This document shows, piece by piece, positions 53,951 through 64,000 of a stretch of DNA of 64,000 bases. Positions within the stretch are counted from its first letter, which is position 1. Every line of letters begins with the position of its first letter. Below the pieces are notes generated by a model that did no database searches, was not told the DNA's origin, and was given only the letters and a program-made list of their open reading frames with translations. The DNA lies in the NCBI RefSeq assembly GCF_009914755.1, contig NC_060929.1; one strand, given 5' to 3'. Position numbers and translations under genes: made by a program. The stretch is from the human T2T-CHM13v2.0 reference genome, Homo sapiens.

Positions 53951-55722
53951 TCAGTTTGGGTTTTTAATAGAACTAAATGAATTACAAATGGGAAAAGTAG
54001 AGTGAAAACACTCATCTTCACCTCCTGGACCTGAGGTACACAGAGTGTAAAAGAAAATTTAAAAAGCACTCACTAGGGAGAGCTAGTAAAACAATGATGT
54101 GCTCAGGGTACATTCACACTTGAGTTATGGCAAGGGGAAGGACATATTTTTAAAAGACATTGAGGGTAGAGGAACATTTAGTGATCATAGACATGGGCTT
54201 CTGGCAGTAACAAAGTGTTTAGAATGGAGTGGAGATGTGAATGAGGGGATGCACACAGAACGCACAGGGGATGAAAGTCTGAGTCATAGTGAGTGTTATG
54301 ATCCTGGAGGTCTGGTTGCTAGTGACACAAGGATGTGGGGCAAGATGAAACTAATCCCGAGAGCATCCTGAGCAGAAATAAGACTGATCAGTTCTGTCTG
54401 TGTGCCTGAAAAGTTATCTGATGTAGATTTGGTGCTCTCTATGGGAGTACGTGGGGATGCCATTGCCCTGGAACTACTGTTTCTGGTGAAGGATGCTGAA
54501 GCTTTGTGGATTCTTCTTCTAATTTGCCTCACTCTTGAGTCCTACCCAATCAGTACATTTTCGGAGATGGAAACTTTGTCAGTATTATATCAGCAAACAT
54601 GAACACCTTGTGCTTGCTCAGAGTGGGTAAAAGCTCTCAACCTTGCCAAGATGTGCTTCAAACTTGATTGCTATGGTAATTTTCTTGTGCTTAATGACAG
54701 GGCAAGGAGTAAAGGGAAGAAATTTTCACTGAGTATCTAGATGTGCTGAACTCTGGAAACCCTTGCCTCATTTATTGTGGCTTCAATCTACTCTTCTGCT
54801 CATTTTGTAAGCAAGAGTCTCAACTCTAATGCTAGCAATACTTAACTGCAGGAAACGACTATTATAACTCATGTCATTATACCCACGTCTTGAAAACTAC
54901 CATATTAAAGGGAAAAAGTACCGGCTCGGGGAGGCTACTTTATTAATATCACATTACATTTAAGTCAAAGTAATGCTGCTTTTGGAATTTAGATTTCTTG
55001 CATCCAAATCTTTTTGAAGGTTAGGAAGCCATGTAGCATACAAATGAAGGTGAACTACATTATCTATCGCCAAAGTTAGACTGATTTATAACCAAATACT
55101 ATGTGTGTTATACTATTCTTTTAGTATACGTTAAAGTATAGAGTTAAAGCTTGAGGAGATGCTGAGAGGAATGTTATCATGAAAATAAAATCTGGCTAGT
55201 TATTAAGGTGCTTCAAAATTAAATTTTCACCATGGTTTGGGTTTGACCTTAAATTTGTAGGCTAATGGATTTCATCTTGTGATTATCTCAAATATCTGGT
55301 GAACAGCTACTTTGTGGGAAGCTGTACCTACAGAGACAGATTTATTGTTTAGTGGAGACAATATCAAATATCACATACTTGCTGACTTGAATGAGCTGAC
55401 GATCTTGTAAAACATACAATCAATTGTCAATTAGAATGTGCTAATCATCGGCATTGGAACAACAGGGAAACTAAACGTGGGGGCAGGGTATAAGGGCTCT
55501 TAAATAAATGCATATCTAAGCACCAATAAATAATTTTTACAGATACCTTGCATAAAATCAGCATTTCAGTTTTTTTAAATTTACTATTAAAAATGCCTGT
55601 ATAGAAAATCAGATTATTTTGTGATCTCTTAAATGGCAGCAAGTTAATTAAAAGTTCAGTGTATTCAATTGTCATCTTTTTGGAAGAGATTGGATTTTTA
55701 ATTAATAAATTAACACATTAAA

Positions 55723-55869
55723 TATAACTTTTCTTAATATAAATTGTTAAAATAAATTAAAATTTAAAATATGGTATTGTTTCTCCTATGCTGATGTAAA
55801 TTTTCTTAATATAAATTGTTAAAATAAATTAATAAAAATTTAAAGTATGGTATTGTTTCTCCTATGCTG
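55723..55869. repeat. ~72-bp tandem duplication
   Basis: ttttcttaatataaattgttaaaataaattaa...tatggtattgtttctcctatgctg occurs twice. Confidence 0.92.
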
Positions 55870-57589
55870 TTTCAGTGGGTACATTTATTTCCATGTCTTC
55901 TGTAAATATAAGAAAAATAAATAAAATTTAAAAGTATATTTGATAACTTGCAATATTTGATCCTGCAAAAGTCTTGGGAAAATAAAAATAAAAAGAGGAA
56001 CTATTTTCTTCATATTCAATAATGTATTGAAATGACTTTAACTCAGCTCACCTTTTATCTGATATTGTTCCCTAAGATTTTAACTGCTTTTAGGAGTTGA
56101 AATGGCTCATTCATCCAACAAACCTTTCTTTTTCACCTACTGTATACAAAGTCCCACATGACCTCTCAATATGTTATCAAGATAAAGCAGACAGGGCACC
56201 CAGCCACAGAATCTTACAAATATACCTTACCAATTGCAAGTTAAATACTACATTGTAGGAAAGAATTGTCTTCTGAAATATTATAGGTTAGTAATTTATT
56301 GGCCATCCAGAAATGATCATGGTCCCTTATTTATCCAGAATTTTCCTGGACCAGATTTCTCCTCTATATAATAGGAAAAGTCTATTGGATGCAGTTCACT
56401 AGCTGAAGTGAATAAAGTTCAAATAATACATATTTCTTATATAATATGTTCTAAAATCCTCAATAACAACATACTGAACTCTTACTAATGCCAAAGCAAG
56501 AATAATATCTAATTCCATTTAAAGCATAGAAACCAGGAAATGGAGATCAATATATTTTAATCACTTTTTTCATTATGTAATCAAATCAAATACTATCATT
56601 GCATTATGTATATGCGAATATATGTTTTAACGAATTTTGTTAATTCAAATTTTAATATAACATTTCACCTTTTATAATTACTGAACAGAATTATTGTCAG
56701 GTTTTTGTTTGTGTTAACTTGTACATCTTAGGAGTATCAACCTTTTTTTTCCTTTTTTAAGTAAAAATAATGAATGGCTTTACCTATTTTGCACGCGTGG
56801 CTGTAAAAAAAGAAGTAAAGAAAAAGCAAGGAAAGAGGAAAAGTTTTAAAAAACGGGAAGGAAAAAGAGAAAATGAACAAATTAGTAGAACGAAGTACGG
56901 ATTTAGTGTGTATATGTATGTGTATAGAGATGGGCTCTTCTGAGTTCTACTCTTCTGCCCAGTTGGATCTTAAGTCTAATCCTTATCATTATCATTAGTC
57001 CATGCAGGGTGGGCTTTTATGTGTTTAGTTTATTATTTTTACTATTGTGATAAGCATCCAAGAACCCTCCACATCCACAAAATAGTAGGACTTTTAAAAT
57101 ACATATATAAAATGAAATATATAGCTACTCCCTGAAATATATTCCTGCTCCTTGATGAGTTTTTCCAAATATTTTTAATTTCTTTTCCTTTTATTATTTT
57201 ATAGTTTGAAACTATGATTTTCAGTGTATACCTTTGGAAAATATTCACTCTTTTTGTATAATTAATACAGCAGGTGCAGCTGTTTTCTTTTTCTGTCTCC
57301 TTAAATCTATGGAGTGCAGCTTGGAGTGGAGGAAGAATTTGATAGGGCAGAGCCCTGTCTCTGCAGATTTTTGAAGGTGCTCGTGTATTCAGTTAGGGAA
57401 GAAACAACTTCCAGATCTGTGCTAATTACTCTGCTCTCTCTCTCTCTGCCCCCTGCCTGCATCTTTCTCCACTTCTCTCTATATTTTTTCTTTTTCTTAT
57501 TTATTCTTGTTATGTATCTTTTCTACAAGTTCTTCTCTTTCCCCAGTCATCTTCCAACTTGTGAGTGAGATGGGGAGGATAAATATTAA

Positions 57590-57817
57590 GAAAGCAGAGG
57601 GTAGAATGGTGATTACCAGAGGCTAGGGAGTTGAGTGGAATGGGGAGATGGTGGTCAAATAATACAAAATTTCAGTTAGACAGGAAGAATGAATTTTTTG
57701 TGATGCACAACATAGCGACTGTAGTTAATAGTGGTGTATTGTATATTTCAAAATTGCTAAGAGAGTAAATTTCAAATGTTGACACCACACACACAGACAC
57801 ACACGCACACACACACA
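57590..57817 (+). mobile_element. L1MA-type 3'UTR fragment ending in (CA)n
   Basis: gtagaatggtgattaccagaggct...aaattgctaagagagtaaattt, then a CA repeat at ~57787-57817. Confidence 0.75.
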
Positions 57818-58225
57818 GAATTCTGATGGTGAGTAAAACCTACTTTTCAATCCTCTTCTTCCCTTTCACAAAGTTGCAGCAAAAGGGATGGGATAGTGGT
57901 TACATAATTTACAACATTTATAATTTGGCTCTAAGTCATGAGTTATATTAATACATCTCTAAACTCTCACTTTAGAACTGATGTTGAATTTCTAAATAAA
58001 AGATAAAATATGACATTTATTTCATGAGAGTTGAGAATTTTGATTTTCATGATTGAAATTATCACACCAGGAAATTATCACACCAAGAAGATATTTTTAA
58101 AAATTCTTTCATTGACAAAAAGAAGAGCTTCTCTTTATGTCAGCTGGGAACATGCTTGCATAGTACAGGCTTCTCTTATGAAAGAAAATTTATTAAAGCT
58201 CTTTCCCCTTTTATTTTTCCCACAG

Positions 58226-58396
58226 ATAGCTGGCACATGCCATAGAAAAGAACAAGAAGTCATTCTCAATGTTCTGTTACTTATTGCCCACCATATAAGC
58301 AGCTCCTCAAAATTAGGGACCCTAACTAGAATTTCAGGAAAAACCTTTAAATATCTTTTATTTGAAGCAGAGGCTGTCAACTACTCTAGTAACAAG
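58226..58396 (+). pseudogene. Candidate exon, phase 0, open, donor possibly mutated
   Basis: Strong acceptor ccccttttatttttcccacAG. Reads IAGTCHRKEQEVILNVLLLIAHHISSSSKLGTLTRISGKTFKYLLFEAEAVNYSSNK, followed by AAG|ATAAGC (GTAAGC-like). Confidence 0.5.
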
Positions 58397-59719
58397 ATAA
58401 GCTCACTTAACTGGCAAAGTATGAAGATAAAATTATCCTACTAGGATGTGCTTTATAAATGTCATGATAAAATGCTCTTTGATGCACTAATTAATTGGTA
58501 CATAATTGGGTAGTTTTGTTCCACAGTCAAGAATCAATTATAAAACGTTCCCTATATATCTCCCCATCTTTTTTTTTTTTTTAATTTGAGATTGTCAATA
58601 ACCACGCCTCTTCTTTAACAATTTAGGGACGGGAAGAAATGAGGCTCTTCTGCTTCATAAAGTTAGTACAATGGGAGAATAAGGGGATCACCATTTTGCT
58701 CTTTTCATGAGACAGCAAAATTTCTCTATGGTTTGTACTTCTTCGACTGCCTTGCCAAGCATTTTTAAAGTAGAATCTCATACCTTAAGACTGTTTTTTC
58801 AACACTTTAAAGACACCATGGAGAAACTTGTAGGTATGCCTGTAAGCTGTATCTCTTTAATATTTGAACACTAAGAATCAAAGTATTACTACTAAGCCAC
58901 TTACTGTTGTAGGGCTTTGTTTACTACTCCACATAGGTGAATACACATCAAACTACAACAATGTATTTAAGTACTTTTCTTTTGACTAGTGCATTCTGTT
59001 CTGGTGTTATAAAAATCCTGGCAGTTGTATGTCATTTGTCTTCTATCTCACGTTAAAAGATTTTATGAGAATCACTCAAATTACCTTCCGTTCATTATCT
59101 TTACCTGTTCAAAAATAACTTAAATTTCATTTGTGGTATCTTTAAGCAATATGTTATTGATAAAGGGGTGCATTAGAAATGACATCATCTGGCAACTAGA
59201 ACAAAGAGTGCTATGTCTACACAAAGAATACAAATTTATGGTTATGTCATGAAATCTGGTTTTGACCAGCTGCTCTTTTTAAATACCAAATTTTATAAAG
59301 AAATAATAATTTTGTCTAATATTGTACAACAATAGCTGGTTGTATATAGAATTTACTCTCTATGGAAGATTTAGTAAGCACTCATTTAGGAAGAAAACCT
59401 ATGTTTTAAAACTTGAAACATGATATAATGAAAAGAACGTGGGCACTGCAATCACATAGAGTTGGGTTCAAGTTCTAGATAAGAACCTGTCTTAGCCATC
59501 AAGGAAATGAGAATTTTCACTAGGCCTATGTAAATGTACTCATCTTCAATATGGGTACTCATCTACGCATACATATGAGTCAGCTAGACTCAGCAAGGTT
59601 TGAGGAAAACCAGCCAGCAGAATTGTTACCACATTCAGCTACACATGAAACACGTTTATTTGTCTTTTTCACTATGGCATTGTTGCTATTGGCCATCAGT
59701 AAGTTAATGATTGTGTTAA

Positions 59720-60110
59720 TTGTTATATACCCACCTTTGGGCTGTTAATGCAGCTATTACAAAAAATATGGTATATTTAAATGTACTATCATAAAAATAT
59801 AAAATATATTCTTAAATGGAAAAAAGTTAAAAGCTATAAAGTATTATTTGATTTTTGTTAACAAAAGAAAAACATGTTTATAATTGCAAGTAAATCTTTA
59901 GTAAGACATAGGAACAATGTATACCAAACTCTTAACAATGGTCACCTCTGTGGAAGGGAGTGGATGGAGATGAGGATGTGGTGGAGGTGGGCGTGCATGG
60001 AGGGAAACGTCATATTATGTTGTGTGCAATTCTATATTGCTTGGATTTGTTTTTAGGGTAAAAATATATTCATTTGTTGCTTCTGTAAGTAAAATATAAA
60101 GAATATAATT
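59720..60110 (+). mobile_element. Old L1ME-type 3' fragment
   Basis: ataccaaactcttaacaatggtcacctctg motif. Boundaries are approximate. Confidence 0.5.
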
Positions 60111-60779
60111 GAAAATCACTATAGAACTTTTTTTTAAAGGAGCTAAAGTTCTTTAAAGACTGCCTATCTGTCTACCAGATCCACTAAATTTTGATTCTTT
60201 CTAGGCTCTTACTTTCTTAACCAAAGAAAAACATGTTTTTTAGACACAGTGGGCCTGCAGTGCTCACAATGTAATCAAGTTATTACACGCTAGGGAAGAA
60301 AACTCATACCACATGGTATATATGTAATAGAACCCCAAAGAATGACCTAGAAAATGATCATAGGATGTCATTAATACCTGGGGGATGGGACAGGGACATT
60401 TCCTGTGAGGAGGACAAGCTTCATTACTAGAGTGATAAGCCAGAATCAGACATTTGAGGAAAGGAAAAAAACTTATGGGAAAAAGATAGAGATAACATTT
60501 AAGGTGTATTCAGGGGACAGAGACCCGGGCAGATGAAATGCAAAACAAGTGAAACATTCTGGGAAAGATAAGGGGAGAAAAGCAAATTGTGGAAATTGTG
60601 AATGGACTTGTAAACCAGACGTTAGAATTTGAGTTGCCAGAGAAGGTGACAGGCATTTAAATTAGATGCAGTACATTGAGATGACAGAAAAATATTCAGT
60701 AGTAGAATTGGGAATGACAACTGTGTGCATTAAAATTCTTAAAAAAAAAAAAAAAGAAACTCACCTCGAAAACAAAACT

Positions 60780-61160
60780 GGAATGTACTAAAATGATTAG
60801 GGTACAGCAAACCAAGAACTAAACTTTGCCCCTCTCTTGTTTCTCTGGGTGTATCTGCATCATTCTTTTCTTTCTCTCTGCAGATGAGCTTTCATGAACT
60901 CTCAGTCCACACTGCCATAGATGGTCATTCCCACAGCTCCTGCTCTGCATGGTGTAGCCCCATAGACAGAGGTACTGGACTCCCTGTCACCTAATCTCTC
61001 TCAGGGGGAGAGAGAAATCTAATTAGCCAATCTGGGCTCAAGAACCCATCCAATAATCTATAGTGAGGAGTAGTGAGCAGTTCATGGTGCAGTCATAACT
61101 CCTGGGAGTTCCCCCCACAGTGGGGGTGTGGTTCCCAGAGCAAGTGAGGGGAAGACTTGT
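60780..61160. mobile_element. Old MLT1-type LTR relic
   Basis: catcattcttttctttctctctgcagatgagc and gagagagaaatctaattagccaatctgg motifs. Confidence 0.45.
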
Positions 61161-63269
61161 GATCAGGTACCTTCTCTCTCTATTAACTATGTAACTATTA
61201 GCTACATAATTGCCATTGGGAAGATTTTACTTTTGGTATTATTATCCATAAAGATATTGATAAATATTTTGTGACAAAGCATTGGCCCCATGGCACTGCT
61301 CATGCCAGTTTACCATCAATAACAATTTTTTTTTATTTTGTGAACTTAAAATATTTATGAATGTCTTATTTTATGAACTGCTGTGAGAGAAAATAAGGGG
61401 GAATTTTATTCAAAGGGAAAACAGAGACATCTGTCTAATCAAGAAGTGCTGAAACCAAACTTGGGAAATATACTTTTTTTTCTATTCTGGTAAGGGAGCC
61501 TATGTCTTTTATCCAAGGCTTTTCACATCTTAATACCATTTAAATATTATAATCAGATAATATCCACAGGCGTTAATTTATCCTTTCTGCCTCTATTTTA
61601 CAAATGAAAAGCTGAAGCATTTAAATTTTCTCAATGCTACATAAGACAGAAAAATGGACTCAGTAACTTTAAGTACTGGAATATGCTCCAGTACTAAAAC
61701 AGGAATGCCCAGAAGAGACAGGAAGCTATAAACCATGTTAAGTAAACAATACAAAAACTTAATAATTATGAAATACAGCAAACAAGGAGTGAATTGGATA
61801 ACAAGCCCATGATGAACTGTTGAGTCAGTTGTATAATTACAGATATTATAAGTTCAGAGGAAGGCAGTATCCTAAAGATTAGACATGGCTCAATAATTTA
61901 TGTATTCCCAAATAGGAACACTTCTAAATTGAATAATTAAAGAAGAGTTTGTTTTAACAGGAGAAATAGCTGGTCTGTATAGAGTTAGTCTCCTGAAGGA
62001 GAAAAGAATCACATGATAGCTAAGTAAAACAAAAACTAGGATGTAATAGATTTTAAGTAACAAACAGAAAATATAGACAATGAGGGCAGAGTCAAAGTTA
62101 GGACCAAAATGAGTTTACTTTTAGTTAAAAGTAATAAGGAAGCAAGAACTATAATCAAGCAAAAGCAATATAGGGTGAAATGTAAGAATTAGTGAATTGG
62201 AGGTGGGAAGCCCAGGTAGGCAGATCTGTAGAAGGAATCTATAGAGTAGAAATGCATCCGTTAGTAATGATGGTCATTCCTCATGTTTCTGATTCTCAAA
62301 TGCATACATACTCTCTCAGTTCCAGAACTATCCTTCAGTTCCTAATTGGGAGGCCAAGCTTATGATGTGTCTTGATTGCAGACTTGTATGTGATACCCTT
62401 ATCTTTATTACGTCACATGTGTCTTACAGTGGCTCCAGTGCTGGCCTTAGTGAGTCTCTATTCTTTATAGCAGGGGAAGATAAAGTAGAACCATAGAACA
62501 AATATGGCCAGAAAAGGGAAGAGTTAAAGAAAGCATTGCATTAGGAGCCTGAGTGATTGGGAAAATATCAACATTAATGATAGAAATCATGAAAATAAAA
62601 GGGTATGTTTAGATGAGCTCACTTTTAGGTGTATTTTTCGTTATCTTAATTTTGAGGTGCTCAAAAATGAAATATAAATGCCTCATAAATCTGGAAAATT
62701 CATCATGAGATATCAAGATATGTTTATTTTACTCATTTTCCCAGCATTCATTAGAACTTCTAAATCCAAGAGCCTAAAACTTTCCTCAGTTTTAAGACAT
62801 TTTGTTCCATGCTTGCTTTACATGTCCTTATGCTTTATTTTCTTATTCTTGGTTTCTGGAAAGCCTGTCGTCAAATATTGGAATCAGTCCTTCATATCCT
62901 TTGGCTTTACTTTCACGCTTTGTATCTCTTGGTATTTTTAATAGCTTCTGGGAGAATTCTGGCTCATTCTTCTAATTTGTTCTTTCGCTGTGCCCATTCT
63001 CTTATTCAGCTCATCTATTGAGATTTAAATGTCAGTGATCATTTTTGTCATTTTTCTGAAAATTAGTTGATTTTTATTATGGATATAGCCTCCTATTTCC
63101 CTGATGATATTAATCATACTTAATCTAAATTTTTGAGAAATTTCTTCTAACCTTGTTTTCAAATATATTAATATTTATTAGCTGCTTTTCATGGCATTGG
63201 CTTTCCTTAAATGTCTATATGCTCATCTTTAGAATCAGGATTCCTTGTTAGCTCAAGAAAAAGTCTAGT

Positions 63270-63515
63270 GAAGTAGTTAAGAAGATAAGGCCCAGAGCCC
63301 CATGGCCTCTGATGAAATTCCTGCACTACCATGTGCTGGCCCTGTGATATTAATATTCCCTAAGTTACCCTGTGACTAATGTGACTTCACATTTCTGTGC
63401 CTCAGTTTCCTCACATATATAAACTCTTACTTCACAGGGTTTCATGGGAATTAAATTATTAACACATGCAGTGCTTTTGGAAGGAAACCTACCACTTAAT
63501 GGATATTAGTTATTA
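63270..63515 (+). mobile_element. MIR
   Basis: MIR core ttctgtgcctcagtttcctcacat...cttcacagggtt. Similar cores occur at ~1915, 4905, 38160 and 45470. Confidence 0.65.
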
Positions 63516-64000
63516 ATGTTATGAGAATAATGAAGTGTTTTAGTATTAATAAATACTAGCTTTTAATATTATATGACTACTGAAACATTTTATTGCATTC
63601 AGACTCCACTAGTTATGTGAGTGGTTAGGCTGTGTTGCTGAGCAGAGTTGGAGTGTACTAGTAGTTTGTCCTCTAGGTATGGAGGCTTTCTGATCCTACC
63701 TAATGTAGTCAGCCACCTGGGGAATTTACTACTCCAGCAGGGCTAGGTGGGGTCTGAGGATGGTGGTGGAAAATCATATCTCCTTCTCACTCCCTGGTCC
63801 AAGTGTATGTATGGAGGTGGAGGACTCCCTGGCTACTCCAATCTTGTATCACTACTCTTCACCCTGTGGGGAGTGTGTCTGGCTGTGGGTCTCTGTCTTC
63901 TGATACGTATAGGGATTTTTGATAGGAAAATGAAGTGCAGCATGTACTCTGATCCCCATCTTGAGGCAATTCTGAGTGTTTGTTTTGAATGTGACTTGCC

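Overview
AT-rich, CpG-poor primate (human/ape-like) genomic DNA, packed with L1, Alu, MaLR LTR, L2, MIR and MER5 repeats. There are no prokaryotic features, CRISPR arrays, rRNA or tRNA. Most ORFs in the supplied track are repeat-derived or chance. The main non-repeat signal is about 20 exon-like segments on the + strand between ~645 and ~58400. They have polypyrimidine/AG acceptors, GT donors and matching splice phases, and they translate into protein-like sequence interrupted by TGA/TAA/TAG stops and one 17-nt frameshifting insertion. This looks like a large decayed gene (candidate unitary pseudogene) whose family I cannot name. A full-length old L1 (16111-25053, carrying a nested THE1 provirus and an MSTA LTR) lies in sense orientation inside it. 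Its 5'UTR offers an in-frame acceptor that completes a continuous spliced ORF of about 242 aa. A younger L1 at 2089-4272 shows a 5' inversion, a large internal deletion and a ~400-bp 3' transduction. Repeat subfamily calls and exon boundaries were read by eye and need RepeatMasker and alignment confirmation.
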